Shown piece by piece: positions 1 through 9,803 of a stretch of 64,000 nucleotides of DNA (the stretch's first letter is position 1; every line of letters begins with the position of its first letter). The translations under genes and the position numbers were made by a program. The notes under the pieces were generated by a model, which saw only the letters and a list, made by a program, of their open reading frames with translations, had not been told where the DNA came from and did not search any database. Source of the stretch: an uncultured delta proteobacterium (GTDB taxonomy: Bacteria > Desulfobacterota > Binatia > Bin18); contig CAVTCR010000056.1 of the NCBI GenBank assembly GCA_963733195.1, positions 64,001-128,000 on the forward strand. The letters run 5' to 3'.

Positions 1-4
1 GATT

Positions 5-979
5 GTGACAGATGTGAACTGGGGTTTGGAAATGACGCTGGGATGGTCGCGCCACGATCTCGTCGGGCATCACTACCGCAAGATCGCCACGCAAGCTACA
101 GTTGCACTTTGTGACGAGCGTACTCGTCTGGCCGTTGCCGGAGAGCGTATGCCGGCGTTATTTGAGACTGAGATGGTGCGCCGAGATGGGCGGACTGTAC
201 CAGTAGAGATCCGTGCGCGTCTCCGCCGCGATAAAGAGGGACAGCCCATTGGCGTTATTGCCACTCTTCGTGACATTTCGACGCGAAAAGCCCTGGATCG
301 GCAACGCCAAGAGTTTCTCACCATGCTCACGCACGATATCAAGAGCCCGCTCGCTGTCGTACTCGGTTATGCGGACTTACTTCTTGAAAGTAACGGACAA
401 CAGAGTGAAGAACAGCAAGAGAAAGATCTGCGACAACTGCGAGACAATGTCTGCACGGTATTTTCTTTAGTCGAGGATTATCTCAACGTATCTCGACTTG
501 AAGACGGTCATTTAAGTTTGGAGAAGGGGCCAGTCGAGATCAATGCACTGCTGACGCATGTTGGACAGCAATATGAGGCGGAAGCACGGCAGCGCAGCGT
601 CGCGCTTAAGTTTGCGCTGCAACCTGATCTGCCAGTGCTACACGGAGATGCGCTTGCCTTAGCTCGCGTCGTGAGCAATTTGGTTTCTAATGCATTAAAG
701 TTCACTCCGCGAAATGGTCATGTCACTTTCAGTTCTAAGTGGCGCAATGGCGAGGTCGTCGCCTCGATTGCCGATACTGGACCTGGGATTCCTCCGGCGG
801 AAGTTCCTCTCCTCTTTGAAAAGTATCATCGCGGGACGACGAGTCGGGAGGTCGAAGGAACCGGACTGGGGCTCTTTATTGCGAAGGCCCTCGTTGAAGC
901 CCACGGTGGTCATATTGAGGTACAAACTGAGCCTGATCACGGAGCGAATTTCTCGCTGGTGCTTCCGCTGCCGAATTAA
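5..979 (+). CDS. PAS-domain sensor histidine kinase (5' end probably outside window)
   Basis: PAS/PAC segment, H-box LTHDIKSPL, N-box NLVSNALKFT, G-boxes DTGPGI and GTGLGL. Confidence 0.92.
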   Translation: MTDVNWGLEMTLGWSRHDLVGHHYRKIATQATVALCDERTRLAVAGERMPALFETEMVRRDGRTVPVEIRARLRRDKEGQPIGVIATLRDISTRKALDRQRQEFLTMLTHDIKSPLAVVLGYADLLLESNGQQSEEQQEKDLRQLRDNVCTVFSLVEDYLNVSRLEDGHLSLEKGPVEINALLTHVGQQYEAEARQRSVALKFALQPDLPVLHGDALALARVVSNLVSNALKFTPRNGHVTFSSKWRNGEVVASIADTGPGIPPAEVPLLFEKYHRGTTSREVEGTGLGLFIAKALVEAHGGHIEVQTEPDHGANFSLVLPLPN

Positions 980-1088
980 GTCACGGAGTACTCTTGACCG
1001 ATTTCCCAGGTATAGCCGGGTTGTTTCGTTACTAGATTTCCGGTAGGCAGGTCTCTCAACACCTAGCGAATCGAGGTCAAAGAGAGTC

Positions 1089-2759
1089 ATGAGTAATACC
1101 AGCGACGTGGCCAAGGCATACAAGGAATGGGACGAGAAAGTTGTGCAAAAAGCGCTTCCTCGGTCTCCTGAACGGAAGAAACGGTTTGAGACAACTTCAG
1201 GGATTGAGATCAAACGGGTGTATACCTCTGAGGACACCGCTACGCTGGATTACCAAAAATCTCTCGACTTCCCTGGGCAATATCCCTTCACTCGTGGTGT
1301 GCAACCGACCATGTATCGTGGTCGTTTCTGGACGATGCGACAGTATGCCGGTTTTGGTACAGCAGAAGAATCTAATAAGCGTTATCGGTATCTCTTAGAA
1401 CAAGGGCAAACTGGATTGTCAGTTGCGTTCGACCTTCCCACCCAGATGGGCCGCGATTCTGATCATATCCTGGCAGCAGGTGAAGTCGGTCGCGCTGGAG
1501 TAGCGATCGACTCGCTCGCAGACATGGAAACCCTGCTCCAGGGGATTCCGCTTGATAAAGTCAGTACGTCAATGACGATTAACGCGACTGCCTCGATTCT
1601 GTTGGCATTATATCTGGCGGTTGCTGAGAAACAGGGAGTGACGTGGGATAAAGTTAACGGCACGATTCAGAACGATCTGTTGAAAGAGTATATGGCACGA
1701 GGGACTTATATCTACCCAGCGACGCCGTCGCTCAGAATTATCACCGATATTTTCGCCTTCTGTACCGACCAAGTGCCGAACTGGAATACCATCTCTATTT
1801 CCGGCTACCACATTCGCGAGGCGGGTTCGACCGCAGCCCAAGAGATTGCCTTCACACTGGCCGATGGCATTGCTTATGTCGAGGCGGCGGTTTCGGCAGG
1901 ACTCGATGTCGACAAATTCGCTTCGCGCCTTTCCTTCTTCTTCAATGTCCACAACAATTTCTTCGAGGAGATTGCCAAGTTTCGCGCCGCGCGTCGGTTA
2001 TGGGCGAAGATTATGAGGGAACGCTTCAAAGCGAAGGACCCACGTTCGTGGATGCTGCGTACACATGCGCAAACTGCGGGATCAACGCTCACCGCGCAGC
2101 AGCCAGATAACAACATCATGCGTGTCACCTTGCAGGCCCTGGCGGCCGTGCTGGGCGGGACAAACTCGCTGCATACGAACTCCAAAGACGAAGCCCTGGC
2201 ATTGCCGACGGAAGAGGCAGTACGGATCGCCTTACGAACACAGCAAGTAATCGCCTACGAATCTGGCGCAGCAGATACGATTGATCCAATGGCGGGGTCG
2301 TATTTTGTTGAATCACTTACCGATCAGCTAGAAGCCAAGGCGGTTGAGTATATCGAACGTATCGACAAGTTAGGTGGTGCGGTCAAAGGCATCGAAGCGG
2401 GATACCAACAGCGCGAGATTCATGAGGCAGCGTTCCGCTATCAACAGGCAGTCGAAAGCAGAGATCAGGTTATCGTTGGCGTCAATGATTTCACTATTGA
2501 AGAAGATAACCAGGGTGAACTCTTGAAAGTCGACCAAGCCTTGGAAGAACAACAGAAGAAGAAACTCGCCGCAGTGCGAGCCGAGCGCAATCAAGCCGCA
2601 GCGAAAGCGGCGATCGACAAGGTCGAAGCAACAGCGCGGAATGGTGAGAACCTCATGCCAGTGATTGTCGATGCCGTACGTGTGTATGCCACACTCGGTG
2701 AAATTTCTGATGCCATGCGTAAGGTATTTGGTGAATACCGTGCGCCATCCTTCTTATAA
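1089..2759 (+). CDS. mcmA: Methylmalonyl-CoA mutase, catalytic (N-terminal-domain) subunit
   Basis: [16 protein letters not shown] (Tyr specificity residue), [24 protein letters not shown]; no B12-binding domain. Confidence 0.9.
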   Translation: MSNTSDVAKAYKEWDEKVVQKALPRSPERKKRFETTSGIEIKRVYTSEDTATLDYQKSLDFPGQYPFTRGVQPTMYRGRFWTMRQYAGFGTAEESNKRYRYLLEQGQTGLSVAFDLPTQMGRDSDHILAAGEVGRAGVAIDSLADMETLLQGIPLDKVSTSMTINATASILLALYLAVAEKQGVTWDKVNGTIQNDLLKEYMARGTYIYPATPSLRIITDIFAFCTDQVPNWNTISISGYHIREAGSTAAQEIAFTLADGIAYVEAAVSAGLDVDKFASRLSFFFNVHNNFFEEIAKFRAARRLWAKIMRERFKAKDPRSWMLRTHAQTAGSTLTAQQPDNNIMRVTLQALAAVLGGTNSLHTNSKDEALALPTEEAVRIALRTQQVIAYESGAADTIDPMAGSYFVESLTDQLEAKAVEYIERIDKLGGAVKGIEAGYQQREIHEAAFRYQQAVESRDQVIVGVNDFTIEEDNQGELLKVDQALEEQQKKKLAAVRAERNQAAAKAAIDKVEATARNGENLMPVIVDAVRVYATLGEISDAMRKVFGEYRAPSFL

Positions 2760-2786
2760 GTAGATAAGAACCTTGGGGATTGTTCC

Positions 2787-2820
2787 GTAGGGGTACGGTG
2801 TGCCGTACCCCTATTTTTTT
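2787..2820 (+). terminator. GTAG-type REP-like hairpin with T tract (rho-independent terminator)
   Basis: GTAGGGGTACGG-TGTG-CCGTACCCCTA-TTTTTTT; related GTAG hairpins near 5329 and 10885. Confidence 0.7.
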
Positions 2821-2866
2821 GCTACGATTACATAAACCACCGCAATGCATAAGGTGAGGGGGCACT

Positions 2867-4081
2867 GTGACCGACGCTGTTGAGTTCAATCCTTTTGATC
2901 CAGAGTTTCGTGTAAATCCCTATCCTTTTTATCATCGACTTCGCGCTGCAGACCCGGTGCACTGGAGTGACATTGCAGGCCGCTGGGTACTGACCCGCCA
3001 TGCTGATTGCATAGCTGTGCTGCGCGATGCCATACGGTTTAGCGCCGATCCCTACAAATGGGAGGCATTTGAGGAATTTATCCAGACGCAGGGAGGCGGA
3101 GATGGGCCTCTCCTACGAATGCAGACTAACTGGATGCTGATGAAAGACCCACCGGATCACACTCGGTTACGTACGATCGTCACCAAAGCGTTCACCCCAC
3201 GTGTAGCAGAAGGGATGCGGCCACGTATTCAAGCAATCGTCGATGGACTCCTCGATCAGGCGCAAGCTGCTGGGAAGATGGATCTTATTGCGGACTTTGC
3301 CTATCCGCTGCCCACAGTAGTGATTTGCGAGATGCTCGGGGTGCCAGTAGAAGAACAAGAGCAGTTCAAGGTATGGACACGGGATCTGGCCCGGAGCCTC
3401 GATCCGATTATCACTCCAGAAATTATCGACGCCGCTAACCAAGCGACTGTGGCTTTCTATGAATATTTTCGCGGACTCATCGCCAAGCGTCGCCAAAATC
3501 TCCAGAACGACTTACTTAGTGGTCTTATCGCTGCAGAGGAACAAGGTGATCGATTAAATGAAGAAGAGTTGGTGGCAACAGCGATCTTGTTGCTCGGTGC
3601 TGGACACGAGACAACCATGAATCTGATTGGCAACGGCATGCTCGCTCTGCTGCGCCACTCCGATGAATTCGCCCGATTGAAAGTGGACTCTTCGATCATT
3701 CCGAGTGCCATAGAGGAATTTCTCCGCTATGACGGTTCAGTGCAAATGACTGCGCGTACCGCTTTGGTCGATGTCGAGATTGGCGGCAAAGTGATTCCCA
3801 AAGGGACACAAGCCATCATCCTGCTTGGTGCGGCAAACCGCGATCCTGAGGTGTTTCCTGAACCTGATCGTCTCGACATTACTCGCAAGGACAACAAGCA
3901 CATTGTTTTCAGTTACGGGATTCACCATTGCCTTGGAGCGCCACTAGCCCGTGTCGAAGCGCAAGTCGCCTTCGCTACGCTTCTTCGTCGCATGCCGAAT
4001 CTCCGACTTGCGACTGAAAATTTGGAATGGCGGGACACCGTAACGTTGCGGGGACTCAAGTCACTGCCCGTCGCCTTCTAG
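2867..4081 (+). CDS. Cytochrome P450
   Basis: AGHETT I-helix, EEFLR (ExxR), FSYGIHHCLG heme-Cys motif. Confidence 0.96.
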   Translation: MTDAVEFNPFDPEFRVNPYPFYHRLRAADPVHWSDIAGRWVLTRHADCIAVLRDAIRFSADPYKWEAFEEFIQTQGGGDGPLLRMQTNWMLMKDPPDHTRLRTIVTKAFTPRVAEGMRPRIQAIVDGLLDQAQAAGKMDLIADFAYPLPTVVICEMLGVPVEEQEQFKVWTRDLARSLDPIITPEIIDAANQATVAFYEYFRGLIAKRRQNLQNDLLSGLIAAEEQGDRLNEEELVATAILLLGAGHETTMNLIGNGMLALLRHSDEFARLKVDSSIIPSAIEEFLRYDGSVQMTARTALVDVEIGGKVIPKGTQAIILLGAANRDPEVFPEPDRLDITRKDNKHIVFSYGIHHCLGAPLARVEAQVAFATLLRRMPNLRLATENLEWRDTVTLRGLKSLPVAF

Positions 4082-4211
4082 ACGAATGAAGAATGAAAAG
4101 TGCAGAGTGAAGAATGAAGAATTGACACAAAGATAAAAACTCTTCCTTCTTAACTCTTCACTTCCTCCATGCTACTGTCCCGCCCATTCGGAGAGTATCA
4201 GGAGGGACATA

Positions 4212-5294
4212 ATGAAGGGCAAAATCGCTTACATTCCGCAAGCCCGCACTATTGAGTTTCACGAATTTGATTTGCCAGAGGTCGAACCTGGCGCCATTCT
4301 TGCCCAGGTGAGCCGTACAAACATCTGCGGCTCGGAAGTTCACATGTGGCGTGGTGAGTTCGGCAAACGTGGAGTGATGCCCGGTCACGAGATGGTCGGT
4401 CGGGTGTATAAACTCGGCAAAGGGGTCACGACAGATACTGCTGGGCAACCGCTGAAAGAAGGCGACCGCATTGCCCCAGTGTACTATCGTACCTGTGGTC
4501 TGTGCGCCAACTGCCGTGATGGTAACGCTGCTGCTTGCCTGACAATGGGTATTCGTGCTCGGCGTTTAGTGCCACAAGATCCGCCACACTTTCACACGCC
4601 TTTTGGCACCCACTATTACATCCAGCCCGGACAACATGTGTACAAGGTGCCGGATAATGTCCCTGATCATGCTGCGTCGTCAGCGAACTGCGCCTTGTCG
4701 CAGGTATTCTTCGCCCTTGACCGTGGTAACTTGCGTTACGAGGAGACCTTGGTCGTACAAGGCGCGGGTGGACTCGGACTCCATGCAATGACCGTAGCGA
4801 AAGCGCGGGGCGCACGGGTAATTGCAATTGATGGCGTTGACCTGCGTCTGAAACGCGCGAAAGCATTCGGTGCGGATGAACTTATCGATATGCGGACCTT
4901 TTCGACTCCAGAAGCACGAGTCGGAAGAGTGCGTGAACTGACTAATGGTCTCGGTGCAGACGTGGTTCTCGAAGTTGCCGGGATTCCCGAGGCGTTTCTT
5001 GAAGCAATTAACCTCGTTCGTAACGGTGGAAGAGTTTTGGAGCTTGGCAATATTTCTCCCGGTCTGACGATTACGCTTCCTCCCTCATTTATCACTTTTA
5101 AGTCCATCTCCATTATTGGCGTTGCAACCTATAATCCACACTATCTGCAGAAATCATTGAACTTCTTATCTGGGCACATCAACAAGTATCCGTACCACGA
5201 GCTGGTTGACGCGGTGTTTCCGCTAGAGAAATCCGCCGAAGCGATGGACAAATCTGATCGCAAAGAGATTACACGCGCAGCGATTGAGCCGTGA
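4212..5294 (+). CDS. Zinc-dependent alcohol dehydrogenase (MDR family)
   Basis: CGSE, GHE, CxxCxxC...C structural Zn site, GAGGLG. Confidence 0.92.
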   Translation: MKGKIAYIPQARTIEFHEFDLPEVEPGAILAQVSRTNICGSEVHMWRGEFGKRGVMPGHEMVGRVYKLGKGVTTDTAGQPLKEGDRIAPVYYRTCGLCANCRDGNAAACLTMGIRARRLVPQDPPHFHTPFGTHYYIQPGQHVYKVPDNVPDHAASSANCALSQVFFALDRGNLRYEETLVVQGAGGLGLHAMTVAKARGARVIAIDGVDLRLKRAKAFGADELIDMRTFSTPEARVGRVRELTNGLGADVVLEVAGIPEAFLEAINLVRNGGRVLELGNISPGLTITLPPSFITFKSISIIGVATYNPHYLQKSLNFLSGHINKYPYHELVDAVFPLEKSAEAMDKSDRKEITRAAIEP

Positions 5295-5384
5295 GGAAGT
5301 AGTCAGGAGTTAGTAGAAAAGGAGTCACTGTAGGGCGGGCTGTGCCCGCCATCGTGGCTGACCCAACAGGTGATGGAGGAACAA

Positions 5385-5762
5385 ATGAAAGACACATTGA
5401 AACCAGGGATGGGACACGAGAGGATTATTACCACGACGCCAGAGATGGGCATTTCACACATGGGGCCAGGTGTTCCGAGTATGTATTCCACGCCGGCAAT
5501 GATCATGCTGATGGAAGGAACGTGTGTTGAGTTTCTGACGCCGCACATGGATGCAGGAGAGCAAACAGTCGGCTTCCATGTCGACGTAAAACATCTCGCT
5601 CCAACAAAGATCGGACAAAAAGTGAGGGGGAAAGTTACCCTGGATGAAATCAAAGGCCGCCGTTTGCTGTTTACTGTCGAAGCCTTCAATGAAGACGGGA
5701 CCAAGGTTGGTGAGGGAACGCACGAACGGGCAGTGGTGAAGATCAGTAAGTTTGCGGGATAG
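5385..5762 (+). CDS. FlK-like hotdog-fold thioesterase
   Basis: STPAMIMLME, TVG..VDVKHLAPT, GxHER motifs; GGAGGA RBS before ATG 5385. Confidence 0.85.
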   Translation: MKDTLKPGMGHERIITTTPEMGISHMGPGVPSMYSTPAMIMLMEGTCVEFLTPHMDAGEQTVGFHVDVKHLAPTKIGQKVRGKVTLDEIKGRRLLFTVEAFNEDGTKVGEGTHERAVVKISKFAG

Positions 5763-5850
5763 TGAAGCGGGAGATGAATACTGGTCTCTGAGTCATGCCA
5801 CATGAACTTTGACAAGCACGTTCGGTAATACTTGGATCCCTGGTTTCAGG

Positions 5851-5890
5851 TTCCCTCTCCCCCATCGGGAGAGGGACAGGGTGAGGGAGA
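5851..5890. repeat. REP-like palindromic unit
   Basis: CCCTCTCCCCC-AT-CGGGAGAGGGACAGGGTGAGGG, a common intergenic palindrome type. Confidence 0.6.
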
Positions 5891-5940
5891 GCGACGGCGC
5901 GGGTACAAATTGTGACCAGCAAATCTCACTAGCTACGCGC

Positions 5941-6114
5941 TCAAGATAACTGGTCGATACGCCAGATGGTGGTAGCTAATCGCTCCATCCCATTTTGCCG
6001 AGCGGAAATTCGTGCGGCATTCCACTCAGCGTTTTCTTCCGCCAGTTTTCGTGTAGTGACAAACTCGCTGGTCTGATAGACTGCACGTTTGTCGGCGAAA
6101 CTGTTGTTGCCCAT
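5941..6114 (-). pseudogene. C-terminal fragment of DUF1524/GmrSD-like restriction nuclease
   Basis: Manual translation MGNNSFADKRAVYQTSEFVTTRKLAEENAEWNAARISARQNGMERLATTIWRIDQLS resembles DUF262-DUF1524 C-termini. Confidence 0.65.
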
Positions 6115-6827
6115 CAATACATATCAGAGGAAATCCCTCTGGATGATACTGTATCAAGCAGAAGCAGCTAGATACTGGACAATGATTGAGAAGAAGAAGG
6201 AAAGCGTCAATCAGTGGGAGCTGCCCACCTTGGAGCTCACGGAGAAACCAATAATTTGTCAGTCTCCAATCGTAGCGGACACGGAGGAGCTTAGCTCGAT
6301 GGATAGTCTCTCGCATGTATGCCCTGCAGAGAGTCGTTCGGACGTTGGGCTGCAGAATGTTGCAGCCTAACAAGAGTCAAGTCACGCTTGCAAGGACGAC
6401 AACAAAAGTAGTACAGGATGAAGAGTTTTTGTGATCACGTTGTGAGATGGCGTAGCTGTGATGGACTGCACGGCTGCGCGGCACTCCCAAGAAATTTCGG
6501 CAGCCCATATAGCGTTAGCGTGCGCCTGCGTAGCTTTTGCGACAATAACAAGATGAGATTCCAATGGAAATGCTCTGGTTAGCCATACCTCTTGTAGCGT
6601 GGATTCTCTTCGTACTCTACCGTCAGGAGAGGCGGCGAAGTCTCCTCCAGCAAATTGAAGAGAAAAGCCGGGGCACTCCGTAACACTCTCAAGCAAAACT
6701 TCCTCGTTCAACCCTTCCCTCGCTGTCATGGTTCACCATGCGACTGAATTTATCCATGTTCGCTCTGTTCACTGCGACTCGATCGAATTTGCTTCGTTCT
6801 AATAACTCCTAATTATGCCTTGCGCTT

Positions 6828-7226
6828 GTGCGAGTAGTTCACTACCAATGTACTCACTGTAATAAGAAAATGCGTGCGGCAGCAGGAACCCCCAATGCTC
6901 CACAAATACTCACCCTTTTGAATGGTTTTACCGAACTCGTCAATCAATACAACGAAATCACAAGATCATCCCCGATTACTGGAACCGTGGAGTTTACAAC
7001 ACCCCCCGCGCCGCTACCATATGAGCAAACCAGTCGGACACCGATACCGGAAGCAGTGCGAAGTGAAGTCTGGCGCCGTGATGGAGGGCGTTGTGTGAAA
7101 TGCAGTTCAAAGGAAAACTTACAGTTTGACCACATCATTCCGGTAGCGCGCGGAGGTGCGACTTCAGCGCAGAATCTTCAACTGCTTTGCCAACAATGCA
7201 ATCGAGTCAAAGGTACAAGAATCTAG
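6828..7226 (+). CDS. HNH endonuclease (cassette-borne, possibly 5'-truncated)
   Basis: VWRRDGGRCVKC...FDHIIPVARGG...NLQLLCQQCN; followed by attC R'' half-site. Confidence 0.85.
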   Translation: MRVVHYQCTHCNKKMRAAAGTPNAPQILTLLNGFTELVNQYNEITRSSPITGTVEFTTPPAPLPYEQTSRTPIPEAVRSEVWRRDGGRCVKCSSKENLQFDHIIPVARGGATSAQNLQLLCQQCNRVKGTRI

Positions 7227-7246
7227 AGGCTTCAGGGGGAAAAGGC

Positions 7247-7971
7247 GCAGCTAAATCGGGTAAGGGCGGTCATTGCTGACCACCCTCCCCACACCACCTA
7301 GCATGCGGGTCCGCACTAGGCGGTTCAGGCAGGATGGGAAGCGAGAGAGATCTCGCTCAAGGCTGGGTCGATGACCCTCCGCCGCAGCGCCGTTGCCCGG
7401 TACGGGCCTGGCTCTGTCGAGGCGGTCATCCCTCCGCCTTGTCCTCCCTGTTCGGTCCTTCGCGGTCGGCCTCGGAAGAGGCCGACCGCTACTATGCCCG
7501 CGGCTGACTTCTGCTCCGGGCTCAAAGAGGATTACTCCTCCCCGCAGTCAATTTCCGTGGCACGCCACTTCCCAGGACACGGAGCAGATCTCCCCGGATA
7601 AGACCGTGAGTGGTCGTTGCACAAGCGCGGCATTTACCCGATCCCCCGATTCACAGGACTTCGTTGTGTTGTGCCAACTCGTCCCGGGGAAGTGAGCCTT
7701 CTATGCCGTTCGTGTTCCTCGCCTCGCAACGCGGTCGCCGGCTTCCTTCAGACCCCACCTCGCGGTGACGCCCTTGCCTTGGACTTGTAGTTATCCTCAT
7801 GTATCCTGCGATTCATGAAGGTGAACCTCCTACAGGGGACTTGCACCCCCACACTCACGCCCATGCCGGGCGTACACCAACTCGTTCCACCGCATCGCCG
7901 CCCGTTAGCGACTCTGAATGAACTCTGAATGGCTACGTTTGGGCGGCTCGCGGTGACCGCGAGCGTTAGCG
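7247..7971 (+). other. Integron attC site interrupted by the intron
   Basis: Removing the intron gives GCAGCTAACCAACTCGTTCCACCG...CGGTGACCGCGAGCGTTAGCG; homologous to attC at 18416-18514. Confidence 0.8.
7255..7876 (-). ncRNA. ORF-less group IIC (attC-targeting) intron; ends +/-1 nt
   Basis: Minus strand begins GTACGCCCGGCATGGGCG, has AGAAGTCAGC..GGGCATAGTAG and GAAGGACCGAAC (DII/DIII), DV GAACCGCCTAGTGCGGACCCGCATGCTAGGTGGTG, DVI ending CCCGAT; DIV only ~125 nt. Confidence 0.9.
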
Positions 7972-8123
7972 TACACGCATGACGATCGCTATCTCTATGA
8001 ACGTTGGGCTTGATGTTCGTTAGCGGTCGGTATCTGAACGTATCCACTTCCCTGAAGCGTAGATGTCTCGGTTGCTCGTTTGTGGGTGGCATAGCCATGA
8101 CAAAACAGTCAGTTTGTTTGTCT

Positions 8124-9287
8124 TCATAACGGCTCCGTACCTTCGTTGAGAATTGCCAGATAGTGATCGTAAGCGAATACACGATTGCGTCGGTGTCCGG
8201 TTAACTCTCGGGCAATGCCGAGTTCGAGAAGACCCTTGATGCCTTTCGTCGTAGTGGGAAAGGAGATGTTCGCGCGCCGGGCGACGTCATTTAATGTGAT
8301 AATAGGTCGTTCGCAGAGGGTATTGAACACATGCAAGGCGCTTGCACCTGCACGTCCGAGCGAATGCACGCGATCGCGATCTTCTTTGAATAACCCTACC
8401 AGACGCTGGGCGGTGCGTACTGCATTTGATGCGGTATCTTCCACCCCTTCTAGAAAGAAGTCCAACCATACTTCCCAGTCCCCTTCTGTACGCACCAAAT
8501 CGAGCAGGCGATAGTATTCGAGCCGGTGTTGCTTGAAGTAGAGGCTCAGATAAAGCAACGGCGAGGAGAGCACGCCGCCATTGTGCAGAATGAAAGCGAT
8601 CAGCAGGCGGCCTATACGACCGTTCCCATCAAGAAACGGATGGATCGTTTCGAACTGAACATGCGCCAGGGCAGTTTTGACCAGCGTAGGATAAGGCGAA
8701 TGTTCGTCATGAATGAATCGCTCTAGCGCTGCCATGCAGTCTTCGACTTGGGCGGGTGGTGGTGGAACGAAGTGGGCATTGCCTGGACGTGTACCACCGA
8801 TCCAATTCTGCGTACGGCGGAATTCACCAGGAGACTTCTCACTCCCTCGGCCACGTGAGAGCAACACTGCGTGCATTTCCCGGATGAGCCGGTTGGAAAG
8901 CGGAAAGTTGTCACGCAACCGGGCCATGCCATGCTCTAGCGCGGCGACATAGCCCGAGACTTCCACTACGTCGTCGAAGGGTACCCCGGGCGCCTCTTCT
9001 AGTTCGAAGAGTAGCAAATCTGCGAGCGAGGACTGGGTCCCTTCGATTTGTGAAGAAAGCACTGCCTCGCGGCGGATATAGGTGTACAGGAAAGTGTTTG
9101 GGTCTGGCAGCAGTAACGTGATGCTGTCCAGCCGCCCGAGGGCGAGTGTTGCCCGCTCCAATAGCCGTTGGCGAGCGTTGGAAAAATCCATAGGCGGGTC
9201 CGGCGGCAAAGGATGCGGAATAAAAGCCCGAATCTGTTCACCACCTGCACTGGTGATTTCGTATTGGCCTGTGTTTCCTCGTCGCAT
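8124..9287 (-). CDS. Fic/DOC family protein with C-terminal HTH
   Basis: EAVLSSQIEG, HPFLDGNGRIGR Fic motif, C-terminal winged HTH-like region. Confidence 0.93.
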   Translation of the reverse strand: MRRGNTGQYEITSAGGEQIRAFIPHPLPPDPPMDFSNARQRLLERATLALGRLDSITLLLPDPNTFLYTYIRREAVLSSQIEGTQSSLADLLLFELEEAPGVPFDDVVEVSGYVAALEHGMARLRDNFPLSNRLIREMHAVLLSRGRGSEKSPGEFRRTQNWIGGTRPGNAHFVPPPPAQVEDCMAALERFIHDEHSPYPTLVKTALAHVQFETIHPFLDGNGRIGRLLIAFILHNGGVLSSPLLYLSLYFKQHRLEYYRLLDLVRTEGDWEVWLDFFLEGVEDTASNAVRTAQRLVGLFKEDRDRVHSLGRAGASALHVFNTLCERPIITLNDVARRANISFPTTTKGIKGLLELGIARELTGHRRNRVFAYDHYLAILNEGTEPL

Positions 9288-9298
9288 CGATCCTTTTC

Positions 9299-9322
9299 CT
9301 TATTTAACGATCGTTAAATAAG
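9299..9322. promoter_or_regulatory. 24-bp perfect palindrome upstream of fic (candidate operator)
   Basis: CTTATTTAACGATCGTTAAATAAG is its own reverse complement. Confidence 0.6.
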
Positions 9323-9372
9323 ATATTTCCTTATTAAAAGAAAAGCAGGAAACGTTTAATAAAAAATCTCAC

Positions 9373-9717
9373 TTATCGCACTTTCGCCCCTGCCGCGATT
9401 GGCTTTTCTGGACTCAAGACGATGACTTTCTCCCCGTCGGATGCAGCGAGTAACATCCCCTGACTTTCGACGCCACGAAGCATCGCCGGTTGTAGATTTG
9501 CGACTACCACAATTTGTTTGCCAATCAGATCTTCTGGTGCGTAATGCGCACGAATGCCAGCAACCAACTGGCGCTCTTCGGTGCCAAGATCAATTTTTAA
9601 CACCAACAAACGATCCGCTTTCGGATGTGGTTCCGCTGCTTTCACGGTAGCTACGCGTAGTTCGACTTTACTGAATTCATCAATAGTGATTTTTGTCGTT
9701 CCTTCAGGCGTTTCCAT
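9373..9717 (-). CDS. Stand-alone tRNA-binding OB-fold protein (MetG C-terminal/Trbp111-like)
   Basis: ITIDEFSKVELRV, HPKADRLL, VANLQPAMLRGVESQGMLLA. Confidence 0.9.
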   Translation of the reverse strand: METPEGTTKITIDEFSKVELRVATVKAAEPHPKADRLLVLKIDLGTEERQLVAGIRAHYAPEDLIGKQIVVVANLQPAMLRGVESQGMLLAASDGEKVIVLSPEKPIAAGAKVR

Positions 9718-9803
9718 TTAACTAGCTCCTCTAACAGTTTCGTGTCACTATAACTGCGACATGGGGAGTAGTCAGCATTCAGTGCCAGATAGGAGAGGAA
9801 AAA

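Noticed and set aside
7325-8182. ORFs 7371-7601, 7393-7695 and 7748-8182 as genes
   Set aside because: They overlap the intron ribozyme and attC; spurious GC-rich frames.
9299-9322. Palindrome as a dif or telomere-resolution site
   Set aside because: It lacks the XerC arm and 6-bp spacer, is short, and has no resolvase nearby.
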